DNA from: the human T2T-CHM13v2.0 reference genome, Homo sapiens
Assembly (NCBI RefSeq): GCF_009914755.1
Contig: NC_060946.1
Direction: 5' to 3' (one strand)
Length of the DNA: 64,000 nt
Positions within the stretch are counted from its first letter, which is position 1, and each line of letters opens with the position of its first letter. Position numbers and translations under genes: made by a program. Positions 1-14,690 of the stretch are shown here, piece by piece. The notes below the pieces were generated by a model. It saw nothing but the letters and a program-made list of their open reading frames with translations. It did not search any database and was not told the DNA's origin.

Positions 1-3000
1 GGGTGATCTTTGCAGGGATATGCCACAAAGCACCCTGTAGTCAGATCGCAGAAAAGTGTTACAACACCTGGGTGATCAGTGCAGAGATAGCTCACAATGC
101 CACTGTAGGCAGAGCCTAGACAAGAGTTACATGACCTAGGTGATCAGTGCAGAGATGCATCGCAACGCCCCTCTAGGCAGAGCCTTGACAAGTGGTATAT
201 CACCTGGGTGATCATTGCAGGGATATGCCACAAAGCACCCTGTAGGCAGACCCTAGAGAAGAGTTATATCACCTGGGTGATCAGTGCAGAGATATGTCAC
301 AAGACCCTGTAGGCACAGCCTAGACAAGAGTTACATCACCTGGGTGATCAGTGCAGAGAAACGTCAAAATACACCCTGCAGGTGGAGCCTAGACAAGAGT
401 TACATCACCTGGGTGATCAATAAAGAAATATGTCACAAAGCCCCTTTGGCACAGCATAAACAAGAGTTACATAACCCGGGTTATCGGTGCAGAGTGATGT
501 CACAACGCCCACTGTAGGCAGAGCCTAGAAAAGAGTTACATCACCTGGGTGATCAGTGCAGAGATACATCGCAATGTCCCTGTAGGCAGAGCCTTGACAA
601 ATGGTGCATCACCTGGGTGATCATTGCAGGGATATGTCACAAAGCACCCTGTATGCAGATCCCAGAAAAGAGTTACATCACCTGGGTGATCAGTGCAGAA
701 ATTTTTCAAAATTCCCTGTAGGCAGTGCTTACAAAAGTGTTACATCACCCAGGTGATCAATGAATAGATATGTCACAAAACTCCTGTAGGCAGAAGTTAG
801 ATGAGTTCCATCACCTGGGTGATCAGTGCAAAGGTATGTCACAAAGCCCCATGTACGCAAAGCCTAGACAATAGTTACATCACTTGGGTGATCAGTGGCG
901 AGATCTCTCACAATTCCCCTGTAGGCAGAGCTTATACAACAGTTACATCACCTGGGTGATCAGCGCAGAGATATGTCACAATACCACCATAGGCAGATCC
1001 AAGACAAGGGTCCGTCACCTGGGTGATCAGGGCAGAAATATGTCACAATGACCTCTTAGGCAGAGCCTGGACAAAAGCCACAATACCTGGAAGATCAGTG
1101 CAGAGTTATGTCACAATGTCACTGTAGGCAGAGCCTAGACAAGGGTTACATGACCTAGGTGATCAGTGCAGAGATACATCGCAATGTCCCTGTAGGCAGA
1201 GCCTTGACAAGTGGTACATCACCTGGGTGATCATTGCAGGGATATGTCACAAAGCACCCTGTAGGCGGATCCCAGAAAAGAGTTACGTCACCTGGGTGAT
1301 CAGTGCAGAAATTTTTTAAAATTCCCTGTAGGCAGTGCTTATAAAAGTGTTACATAACCCAAGTGATCAATGAAGAGATATGTCACAAAACTACTGTAGG
1401 CAGAACTTTGATGAGTTCCATCACCTGGGTGATCAGTGCAAAGGTATGTCACAAAGCCCCATGTACGCAAAGCCTAGACAATAGTTACATCACTTGGGTG
1501 ATAAGTGGCGAGATCTCTCACAATTCCCCTGTAGGCAGAGTTTATACAACAGTTACATCACCTGGGTGATCAGTGCAGAGATATGTCACAATGCCCCCAT
1601 AGGCAGATCCAAGACAAGAGTCCGACACCTGGATGATCAGTGCAGAGATGTGTGAGAATTCCCGTATAGGCAGAGCCTAGACAAGCGTCACATCACCTAG
1701 GTTATCAGTGCAGGTATAAGTAATAAAGCCTCCTGTAGGCAGAGCGTAGAAAAGAGTTCCCTCCCCAGGGTGATCAGTGCAGAGATGTGTCACAAAGCCC
1801 CTGTAGGCAGAGCCTAGATAAGAGTTTCATCACTTGGTTGATCAGTTCAGACATGTGTCACAATGTCCATGTAGGCAGATCTAAGACAAGCGTCCATCAC
1901 CTGGGTGATCAGTGCAGAGATATGTACCAATGTCCCCTGTAGGCATTGCCTAGATAAGAGTTGCATCACCTCACAGATCAGTGCAGAGATATTTCACAAA
2001 GCCTTCCGTAGGCAAAGCCCATACAAAGCTGATATCACCTAGGTGATCAGTGCAGTGATATGTCAAAAATATCGCTGTAGACAGAGCCTAGAAAATATGT
2101 ACACCACCTGGGTGATCAGTCCAGACATTTGACATAATGCCCCCATAGACAGAGAGTAGACAAGACTTCCATCACCTTGGTGATCAGTGCAGACATATGT
2201 CACAAATCCCCCTCTAGGCAGAGTATAGAGAAGAGTTCCATCACCTGGGTGATCAGCGCAGAGATATTTCACAATGCCCCCTGTAGGCAGAGAGAGGACA
2301 AGAGTTACATAACCTAGGTGATCTGTGCAGAGCTATGTCAAAAAGCCCCTGTAGGCAGAGCCTTGATAAATGTTACATCAACTGGGTGATCAGTGCAGAG
2401 ATATGTCATAAAGCCCCTGTAGGCCAAGCCTAGAAAAGAGTTGTTACATCTCCTGGGTGATCAGTGCAAAGATATGTCACAAAGCCCCCTGTAGACAAAT
2501 CCCAGAAAATTGTTACATCATCTGCGTGATCAGTGGACATATCTGTCACAATTCCCCTTCAGGCACAACTTAGACAAGCGTTACATCACATGAGTAACCA
2601 GTGCAGAGATATGTCACTATGCCCCCATAGGCAGATCCAAGACAAGAGTCCATCACCTGGGTGATCAGTGCAGAAACATGCCACAATGCCGCCAGTAGGC
2701 AGATATAGACAAGAGTTACATCACCTGCGTGATCACTGCAGAGATATGTCACAATGCCCCTGTAGGCAGAGCCTAGACAAGAGTCCCATCACCTGGGTGA
2801 TCAGTGCAGATTTATGTCACAATGCCCCCTCTTGACAGAGCCTAGACAAGGGTTACATCACCTGGGTGATCAGTGCAGAGATGTGTCACAAGAACCCTGT
2901 AGCCAGAGCCTAGACAAGAGTTACATCAGCTGTGTGATCAGTGCAGTGACATGTCACAATGTCCCTCTAGCCATATCCTTGACAAAAGTGACATCACCTG

Positions 3001-5544
3001 GGTGGTCAGTGCGGAGATATGTCACAATGTCTCCAGTAGGCAGAGCCTAGACAAGAGTTACATCACCTGGGTGATCAGGGCAGAGATGTATCACAATGCT
3101 CCCTCTAAGCAGATCCCAGACAGGAGTTGCATCACCTCGGTGATCAGTGCAGAGATATGTCTCAATGCCCCATGTAGGCGAAGCCTATACAAGAGTTACA
3201 TCATCTCTGTGATCAGTGCAGTGATATGTTAAAATGCCCCTGTAGGCAGAGCCTAGACAAGAGTTAAATCACCTGGGTGATCAGTGCAGAGATATGTAAT
3301 AAATCCCACTGTAGGCAAAGCCTAGACAAGTTTTACATCACCTCAGCGATCAGTGCAGAGATATGTCCCAATGTCCCTCTAGGCAGAGCTTAGAAAAGTC
3401 TCACATCTCCTGGGTGATCAGTGCAGAAATATGTCAAAATGTCCCCTGTAGGCAAAGCCTAGGCAAGAATTACATCACATTTGTCATCAGTACAGGGATA
3501 TGTGAAAACGCCCCTTTAGGCAGAGCCTAGACAAGAGTTACACCACGTAGTTGATCAGTGCACAGATATTCCAAAATACCTCCTGTAGGCAGATCCTAGA
3601 CAAGAGTTGAATCACCTGGGTGATCAGTGCAGATACATTTCACAATGCCCCCTTTGGGCAGAGGGTAGACAGGAGTTACATCACCTAGGTGATCAGTGCA
3701 GAGATTCGTCAAAATTCCCTGTAGGCAGTGCTTATAAAAGTGTTACGTCACCTAAGTGATCAGAGCAGAGATATGTCACAAAGCTCCTGTAGGCAGAACT
3801 TAGATGATTTATGTCACCTGGGTGATCATTGCAAAGATATGTCAAAAAGCCCCCTGTAGGCAAAGCCTAGACAACAGTTACATCACTTGAGTGATCAGTG
3901 GCGAGATCTCTCACAATTCCCCTGTAGGCAGAGCTTATACAACAGTTACATCACCTGGGTGATCCGTGCAGAGATATCTCACAATGACCCCATAGGGAGA
4001 TCCAAGACAAGAGTCCGTCACCTGGGTGATCAGTGCAGAAATATGTCACAATGCCCCCTTAGGCAGAGCCTAGACAAAAGCCCCCTCACCTGGATGATCA
4101 GTGCAGATTTATGACACAAAGTCCCTTTAAGCAGATCGTAGACAAGAGGTACATCACTTGGGTGATCAGTGCAGAGGTATGTCACAATGCCACTGTAGGC
4201 AGAGCGTAGACAAGTGTTACATGACCTAGGTGATCAGTGCAGAGATACATCACAATGCCCCTGTAGGCTGAGCCTTGACAAGTGGTATATCACCTGGGTG
4301 ATCATTGCAGGTATATGTCACAAAGCACCCTGTAGGCAGATCCTAGAGAAGAGTTATATCACCTGGGTGATCAGTGCAGAGATATGTCACAAGACCCCTG
4401 TAGGCAGAGCCTAGACAAGAATTATATCACCTCGGTGATCAGTGCAATTATATGTCACAATGCCGTTTAGCCAGAGCCTAGACTACAGTTACAGCACCTG
4501 GGAGATCAGTGCAGAGATAGGTCAAAATGTCCCCAGTAGGCAGAGACCAGGCATGAGTTGGATCACCGCGGGGTCAGTGCAGAGATATGTCTCAACACCC
4601 CTGTGGGCACAGCCTAGACAAGAGTTACGTCACCTCATTTAACAGTGCAGAGATATGTCAAAATGCCCCTGTAGTCAGAGCCTACTCAAGTGTTACATCA
4701 CTTAGGTGATCCGTGCAGAGATATGTCACAATACCCCCTGTAAGCAGAGCCTAGACAAGAGTTACATCACCTGGATGATCACTGCAGAGATATGTGACAG
4801 GGCCCCTTTAAGCAGAGCCTAGACAATACTTACATCACCTGAGTGATCAGTGAAGAGATCTGTCACAATGCCCCTTTAGGGAGAGCTTAGACCAGAGTTA
4901 CATCACCTTGGTGATCAGTGCAGAGATATGTCACAATGTCCCCATAGGCAAATCCAAGACAAGAGTCCCTCACCTGGGTGATCAGTGCAGAAATATGTGA
5001 CAATGCCCACAGTAGGCAGACACTAGAGTAGAGTCCCATCTCCTGGGTAATCAATGCAGAGATATTTCACAATGCCCCTGCAGGCAGAGCATAAGCAAGA
5101 GTTACATCACCTAGGTGATCAGTGAAGAGATATGTCACAATGCTCCCTATAGTCAGAGGCTGGACAAGAGTTACCTCACCTCAGTGATCAACGCAGTGAT
5201 ATGTCACTATGCCCCGTAGGCAGATCCTAGTCAAGCGTTACATCACCTGGGTGATCAGTGCAGAGATATGTCACAAACCCCCATACACAGAGTCTAGAAA
5301 AGAGTCCAATCGCCTAGGTGATCAGTGCAGAAATATGTCCCAATGCCCCCATAGGCAGATCCAACACAAGAGTTACATCACCTGGGGGATCAGTGTAGAG
5401 ATATGTCACAATGCCCTCATAGGCAGAGCCTAGACAAAAGTCCCATCACCTGGGTGATCAGTGCAGAGATATGTCACAAAGCCCTTGTAAGTAGAGCCTA
5501 GACAAGTGTTACATCACTTTGTTGATCAGTTCATTGATGTGTCA
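1..5544 (+). repeat. Beta-satellite (68-bp Sau3A/BSAT) array, block 1
   Basis: Tandem ~68-bp monomers with consensus GATCAGTGCAGAGATATGTCACAATGCCCCTGTAGGCAGAGCCTAGACAAGAGTTACATCACCTGGGT. Strand is given relative to the sense of the DUX4-like units. Confidence 0.97.
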
Positions 5545-5800
5545 TGCTGACTGTTTGCTCCCGGAGCTCTGCGGGCACACGGAAACATGCAGGGTAGGGT
5601 GGAAGACCGGCATGGTGCCTTTGCTCTCCTTGCCAGTTTCCAAACCGGCCACACTGCAGACTCCCAGTGTTGCCGCACACGGGAATCCATCGTCAGGCCA
5701 TCACTCCGGGGAGGCATCTTCTCTCTGGGGTCTCGCTCTGGTCTCCTACCTGGAAATGAACGAGAGCCACACACCTGCGCGTGTGAGACTGTCTCAGCAA
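5545..5800 (+). repeat. 5' fragment of a D4Z4-like unit, truncated at an inversion breakpoint
   Basis: Begins TGCTGACTGTTTGCTCCCGGAGCTCTGCGGGCAC like the complete units at 34308, 47827 and 57547, and ends abruptly after GAGACTGTCTCAGCAA. Confidence 0.92.
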
Positions 5801-5814
5801 TCTCTGATTGCCGA

Positions 5815-7464
5815 TGCGCCTAAAGGGTAATTGTGACAGATATCTCCACTGAGCACCCAGGTGATGTAACAATTTTCTGGGATTTGTCTACAGGGGGCTT
5901 TGTGACATATCTTTGCACTGATCACCCAGGAGATGTAACTCTTGTCTAGGCTCGGACTACAGGGGCTTTGAGACATATCTCTGCACTGATCACGCAGGTG
6001 ATGTAACTCTTGTCTAGGCTCCAGCTACATGGGGTATTGTGACGTATCTCTGCACTGGTCACCCAGGTGATGTAACATTTATCTAGACTCTGCCTACAGG
6101 GAAGTTTTGAGATAGCTCTGCACAGATCACCTAGGTTATGTAACTCTTGTCCACTCTCTGCCTACAGGGTGCATTGTGAAATATCTCTGCACTGATCACC
6201 CAGGTGATGGGACTCTTCTCTATACTCTGCCTAGAGGGGGATTTGTGACATATCTCTGCACTGATCACCATGGTGATGGAAGTCTTGTCTAGGCTCTGTC
6301 TATGGGTGCATTGTGACAAATATCTGCATTGATCACCCAGGTGATGTAACTCTTGCCTAGGCTCTGTCTACAGGAATTTTTGTAACATATCACTGCACTG
6401 ATCACCTAGGTGATGGAAGCCTTGTATGGGCTTTTCGTACAGAAAGATTTATGACATATCTATGCACTGACCTCTGAGATGATGCAACTCTTCTCTAGGC
6501 ACTGCCTACAGGGGACATTGGTACATCTCTATGCACTGATCACCCAGGTGATCGACTCTTCTCTAGATCTCCCTATATGGTCATTGTGACACACCTCTGA
6601 ACTGATCAACCAAGTGATGAAACTCTTGTCTAGGCTCTGCCTACAGGGGCTTTGTGACACATCTCTGCACTGATCATCCTGGGGAGGGAACTCTTGTCTA
6701 CGCTGTACATACAGGAGGCTTTATGACTTATACCTGCACTGATAACCTAGGTGATGTAACACTTGTCTAGGCTCTGCCTACACGGGAATTCACACAAATC
6801 CCTGCACTGATCACCCAGGTGATGCAACTCCTGTCTAGGTTCAGCCTACAGGAGCGTTTTGACGTATCTCTGCACTGATACTCCAGGTGATGTAACCCTT
6901 GTCTAAGCTCTGCCTACAGGGGCATTGTGACAGATCTCTCCCCTGCTCACCCAGGTGATGTAACAATTGTCTGGGCTTTGCCTACAGGGGCTTTGTGATA
7001 TACATTTCCACTGATCAATCAGGTGATGTAACCCTTGTCAAGGTTTTGCTTACAGGGGCTTTGTGACATATCCCTGCACTTATCACCCCAGGGATGAAAC
7101 AATTGTCTACACTCTGCCTACAGGAGGCTTTACGACTCATCCCTGCACTGATCACTAGGTGACGTAACACTTGTCTAGGCTCTGTCTACACGGGAATTTT
7201 CACTTATCTCTACACTGATCACTTAATTGATGTAACCGTTGTCTAGGTTCAGCCTACTGGGGATTTCTGACATACATATGCACTGATCACCGGGGTGATG
7301 TAAATCATTTCCAGGCTTTTTGTACAGGGGACATTGTGATACATCTCTGCACTGATCACCCGAATAAGGCAAATCTTCTCCTGGCTCTGCAGGGAGGGGC
7401 ATTGTGACATATTTCTGAACTGATCATCCAGGGTATGTAACCATTCTCCAGGCTTTGACTAAAG
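5815..7464 (-). repeat. Beta-satellite block 2 (inverted)
   Basis: Reverse-complement monomers (TGTGACATATCTCTGCACTGATCACCCAGGTGATGTAACTCTTGTCTAGG). Confidence 0.96.
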
Positions 7465-8167
7465 AGCTTTGGAAGGTGTTGGGAGAACCTCAGCCAGAAT
7501 TTCACGGATGGACAAGGGCACAGAGAGGCCAGTGGGCTCCCTTGCACGTCAGCATGGGTTCACAATCAGTACAGATCTAACCAGGAGGCTGGCAAAGAGA
7601 GGTAGACGTCTGCTTTCCGCTGCCAGGCGCTCCATGATGGCAGCTGGGAGGCTGCAGGGGCACCGGCGGGTCGGCGACGGTGGCGTGGAGGCTCAGAGGA
7701 GGCGAGACTCTGGAGGGGTGTCAGGCCTGGACGCTGTGCGGGCCGGATATTTCACGGGTCGGGGGTCTCTACCCAGCCCAGGGGAGGAAGCATTTTCCGT
7801 GGGTGGTTGGTGGGGGTGAAGAGGGGGTGTTCAGGCTGGTGTGGGGTGGTGGAAAGGCATGAGAGCTCAGCCCGGGCTGCTCCCACAGCACAGGCGGCTG
7901 CCCGCAAAGACGCACGTGCGCAGTAGGCGGCCCACCTGCTGGTACCTGGACTGGCTCTGGGATACCCGGGTTGCCCAGGAAAGAATGGCAGTTCTATGCT
8001 GTGTGGAGTCTCTCACCGGGCCTAGAACTAGAAGGCAGGAATCCCAGGACAGTCAGCCTGGTGGAGGGGGCGGGGGGAAGACAAGCCCCTCCATAGCCAG
8101 CCAGGTGTTCCCCACGAAAGAGAGGCCACGGCCCTGCCCCGACCCGACCCCGTCCCAACCGCGCGTC

Positions 8168-9464
<1,297 letters not shown>

Positions 9465-9567
9465 TCACAGGCAGAGAGAGGACGGAAGGCTCCCGTGCAC
9501 CTCAGCCGGCCTCTGCACTGTGGCAGGTGCAGCCAGGGGGCCTGCCGGGACAGCCAGCCAGCGGCTC

Positions 9568-9619
9568 TTATACAGCCCCGCAGGCAGGCAGGCTCCGCCC
9601 CTTCATGAATGGCGGTGAG
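9568..9619 (-). promoter_or_regulatory. DUX promoter homolog: D4Z4-binding element (YY1-type CCAT core), GC box and TATAA
   Basis: Minus strand reads CTCACCGCCATTCATGAAGGGGCGGAGCC...GTATAAGAG, about 140 bp upstream of the ATG. Confidence 0.75.
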
Positions 9620-10227
9620 CCCTGGGACAGCCTGCCCCACACCGGAAGGGTCCCAGGGCATCGGGGCCTGCGGCCGTGGAGTGGTGGGGTGGTGGGGGAG
9701 GGTGTGGTGATGGCGGCAGTGGGGCCGGAGAGACGAAGAGGAAGGGGGTGAGGGGGAAGGGGTGAGGGGGGCGCGTTTCGGGGGCTGGCTCTCCGGACCT
9801 CGCCAGGAATCCCGCGGGAACTGGAAGCCGTTCTCTGGGCTCCCACGCGTCTTCAGCAGGGAGAAACCGGCGTGGGTGGGAGGAGGGGAATGTGGCACTG
9901 ACCCTCCGTGGGAGTCTTGAGTGTTCCAGGCCCTCTCTCCATGAAGGAGTCAGTGCCTGTGGGTGTCGCTGTTGCCGTGACAGTCTCACACGCGCAGGGG
10001 TGTGGCTCTATTTCATTTCCACGTAGGAGACCAGAGCGAGACCCCAGAGAGAAGATGCCTCCCCGGCGTGATGGCATGACGATGGATTCCCGTGTGCGAC
10101 AACATGGGGAGTCTGCAGTGTGGCCGGTTGGGAAACTGGCAAGGAGAGCGTAGGCACCATGCTGGTCTTCCACCCTTCCCTGCATGTTTCCGTGTGCCCG
10201 TAGAGCTCCGGGAGCAAACCGACAGCA

Positions 10228-13200
10228 TGACACATCTCTGAACTGATCACCAAAGTGATGTAACACTTCTCTAGGCTCTGCCTACAGGGGCTTTGTGACA
10301 TATGTCTTCCGTGATCACCCAGGTGATGGGACTTTTGTCTAGGCTCTGCCTATGGGGGAATTGTGACATATCTCCACAGTGATCACCCAGGTGATGTAAG
10401 TCTTGTGTTGGATCTGCCAATGGGGGCATTGTGACATATTTCTGCACTGATCACCCAGGTAATGAGACTCTTGTCTAGCCTCGGTGCATGGGGGCTTTGT
10501 GACATATCTCTGCACTGATCATCTATGTGATGTAACACTTGTGTAGGCTCTGCCTACAGGGGCATTTTGACATATCTCTGCATGTTAACCGGGGTGAAGT
10601 AACTCTTGTCTAGACTGTGCCCACAGGGGGATTGAGACATATCTCTGCACTGATCCCGTGGTGATCCAACTCTTGCCTGGTGATGTACCACTTGTCAAGG
10701 CTCTGCCTACAGGGACATTGCGATGTATCTCTGGCACTGATCACCTAGGTCATGTAACCCTTGTCTAGGCTCTGCCTACAGTGGCATTGTGACATATCTC
10801 TGCACTGATCATCCAAGTGATGTAACCCTTGTCTAGGATCTGCCTAAAGGGACTTATGACAGGTTCTGCCTACAGTGGCATTGTGACATATCTCTGCACT
10901 GATCATCCAAGTGATGTAACCCTTGTCTAGGTTCTGCCTAAAGGGACTTTGTGACATAACTCTGCACTGATCATCCAGGTGATGAGGTTTTTTTCTAGGC
11001 TCTGCCTAAGGGGGCATTGTGACATATTTCTGCACTGATCACCCAGGTGATGGATTATTGCCTTGCATCTGCCTATGGGGGCATTGCGACATATATCCGC
11101 ACTGATCACCCAGGTGAAGTCACTTTTGTCAAGGATATGGCTACAGGGACATTGTTACAAGTCACTGCACTGATCACACAGCTGATGTAAGTGTTGTCTA
11201 TGTTCTTGCTACACGGGGCTTGTGACACATCTCTGCACTGATCACCCAGGTGATGTAACCCTTGTCTAGGCTCTGCCAAAAGGGGGCATTGTGACATAAC
11301 TCTGCACTGATCACCCAGGTGATGGGACTCTTGACTAGGCTCTGCCTACAGGGGCATTGTGACATATCTCTGCAGTGATCACGCAGGTGATGTAACTCTT
11401 GTCCTAATCTGCCTACTGGCGGCATTGGGGCATATTTCTGCACTGATCACCCAGCTGATGGACTCTTGTCTTGGATCTGCCAGTGGGAGCATAGTGACAT
11501 ATCTCTGCACTGATCACTCATGTGATGCAACGCTTGTCTAAGCTGCGCCTAAAGGGGAATTGTGACAGTTATCTCCACTGATCACCCAGGTGATGTAACA
11601 ATTTTCTGGGATTTGTCTACAGGGGGCTTTGTGACATATCTTTGCACTGATAACCCAGGAGATGTAACTCTTGTCTAGTATCGGCCTACAGGGACTTTGT
11701 GACATATTTCTGCACTGATCACCCATTTGATGTATCTCTGGTCTAGGCCCCACCTACAGGAGGTATTGTAACGAATCTCTGCCCTGTTCACCCAGGTGAT
11801 GTAACATTTATCTAGGCTCTATCTATAGGGGCGTTTTGACATAGCTCTGTACAGATCAACTACGTTATGTAACTCTTGTCCACTCTCTGCCTACAGGGGG
11901 CATTGTGAAATATCTCTGCACTGATCACCCAGGTGATGGGACCATTCTCTATAATCTGCCTAGAGGGGGATCTGTGAAATATCTCAGCAGTGACCACCCA
12001 GGTGATGGAAGTCTTGTCTAGGCTCTGTGTATGGGGGCATTGTATCAAATATCTGCACTGATCACCCAGGTGATGTAACTCTTGTCTAGGCTCTGTCTAC
12101 AGGGATTTCTGTGACATATCACTGCACTGACCACCTAGGTGATGTAAGCATTGTATGGGCTTTGCCTACAGAAGGCTTTGTGACATATCTATGCACTGAT
12201 CTCTGAGGTGATGAAACTCTTGTCTAGGCACTGCCTACAGGGGACATTGGTACATATCTCTGCACTGATCACCGAGGTGATGGACTGTTGACTTAGATCT
12301 GCCTACATGGACATTGTGACACATCTCTGAACTGATCAACCAAGTGATGAAACTCTTGTCTAGGCTCTGCCTACGGAGGCTTTGTGACACATCTCTGCAC
12401 TGATCACCCTGGGGAGGAAACTCTTGTCTATGCTCTGCCTACAGGAGGCTTTATGACTAATAACTGCTCTGATAACCTAGGTGATGTAACACTTGTCTAG
12501 GCTCTGCCTACACGAGAATTCTCACATATCTCTGCATTGATTACCCAGGTGATGTAACTCTGGTCTAGGTTCTGCTTACAGGGGGTATTGTGACATATAT
12601 CTGCACTGATCACCTAAGTGATGTAACACTTGTGCAGGCTCTGCCTACAAGGGCATTTTGACATATCTCTGTGCTGTTTAACCGAGGTGATGTAACTCTT
12701 GTCTAGGCTGTGCCCACAGGGGGATTGAGACATATCTCTGCACTCATCCTGAGGTGATCCAACTCTTGCCTGGTCTCTGCCTACTGGGGACATTGTGACA
12801 TATCTCTGCACTGATCTCCCAGGTGCTGTAACTTTAGTCTAGGTTCCGGCTAGACGTCATTGTGACATATCTCTGCACTGATCACCCAGGTGATGTAATG
12901 CTTGACTAGGCTCTGCCTATGGTGCATAGTGTCATATCACTGTATTGATCACTGAGGTGATGAAACTCTTGTCCAGGCTCTGCCTATAGGGGGCCTTGTG
13001 ACATTTCTCTGCATTGATCACCTAGGTGATGTAACTCTTGCTTTCACTCTGCCTGCAGGGGAATTGTGAAATATCTCTGCACTGATTACGCATGTGATGG
13101 GACTCTTCTCTAGGTTCTGCCTACTGGGGGCATTGTCACATATTTCTGCACTGATCACCCAGGTGACGGACTCTTGTTTTGGATTTGCCTATGGGGGCAT

Positions 13201-14690
13201 TGTGACATTTCTCTTCACTGATCACCCAGGTGATGTAACTCTGGTCTAAGCTCTGCCTAGAGGGGCATTTTGACAGATCTCTACACTCATCACTCAGGTG
13301 ATGTAACTATTGTCTAGGCCCTGCTTAAAGGGGCTTTGTCACATATCTCTGCACTGATCACCCAGGTGATGTGACTCTTGTCTAGTCTCTGCTTACAGGG
13401 GGTATTGTGACATATCTTTGCACTGATCACCTAAGTGTTGTAACACTTGTGTAGGCTGTGCCTACAGCGGCATTTTGACATATCTCATAACTGTTAACCG
13501 AGGTGATGTAACTATTGTCTAGGCTGTGCCCACAGGGGGATTGAGACATACCTCTGCACTGATCCCGAGGTGATCCAACTCTTGCCTGGTCTCTGCCTAC
13601 TGAGGACATTGTGACATATCTCTGCACTGATTTACCAGTTACTGTAACTTTAGTCTAGGCTCTGGCTACAGTCATTGTGACATATCACTGCACTGATCAC
13701 CCAGGTGATATAACTCTTGTCTAGGCACTGCCTAAAGGGGGCTTGTGACATATTTCTGCACTGATAACCCAGGTGATATAACTCTTCTCTAGGATCTGAA
13801 TACAGGGTGCTTTGTGACATATCCCTGCACTGATCACCCAGGTGATGGGACTCTTGTCTAGGCTCTGCCTACAGTGGCATTGTGACATATCTCTGCACTG
13901 ATCACCCAGGTGATGTAACTCTTTTCTGGGATCTGCTTACAGGGTGCTTTGTGACATATCCCTGCAATGATCACCCAGGTGATGTACCACTTGTCAAGGC
14001 TCTGCCTACAGGGACATTGCGATGTATCTCTGCATTGATCACCTAGGTCATGTAACTCTTGTCTAGGCTCTGCCAAGAGTGGCTTTGTGACATATCTCTG
14101 CACTGATCATCCAAGTGTTGTATCACTTGTCTAGAATCTGCGTAAATGGACTTTGTGACATAACTCTGCACTGATCATCCAGGTGATGGGGCTTTGGTCT
14201 AGGCTCTGCCTAAGGGTGCATTGTGACATATCTCTGCACTGATCACCCAGGTGATGTAACTGTTGTATAAGCTCTGCCTACAGGGGAATTGTGAGAGATC
14301 TCGCCACTGATCACTCAATTGATGTAACTATTGTCCCGGCTTTGCCTAAAGGGGCTTTGTGACATACATTTGCACTGATCACCCAGGTGATGTAACTCAT
14401 CTAAGTTCTTCCTACAGGAGCTTTGTGACATATCTCTGCACTGCTCCCTTAGGTGATGTAACACTTTTATAAGCACTGCCTCCAGGAAATTTTGACAAAT
14501 CTCTGCACTGATCACCTAGGTGATGTAACTCTTTTCTAGGCTCTGCCTACAGGGGCATTGTGACTTATCTCTGCAGTGATCACGCAGGTGATGTAACTCT
14601 TGTCTATATCTGCCTACTGGCGACATTGTGGCATATTTCTGCACTGATCATCCAGGTGATGGACTCTTGTCTTGGATCTGCCTATGGGGG
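10228..14690 (-). repeat. Beta-satellite block 3 (inverted)
   Basis: Reverse-complement 68-bp monomers. Confidence 0.96.

Noticed and set aside
1-5544. CRISPR-like appearance (conserved partly palindromic repeat at ~68-bp period)
   Set aside because: The intervening sequences are homologous to one another rather than unique spacers, there are no cas genes, and the context is primate satellite.
5587-5823. Recurrent upstream ORF MQGRVED...PVSPC (~110 aa in units 1, 4, 5 and 6)
   Set aside because: Recurrence follows from DNA paralogy. It lies upstream of the promoter, has no recognisable domain, and is deleted or truncated in the other units.
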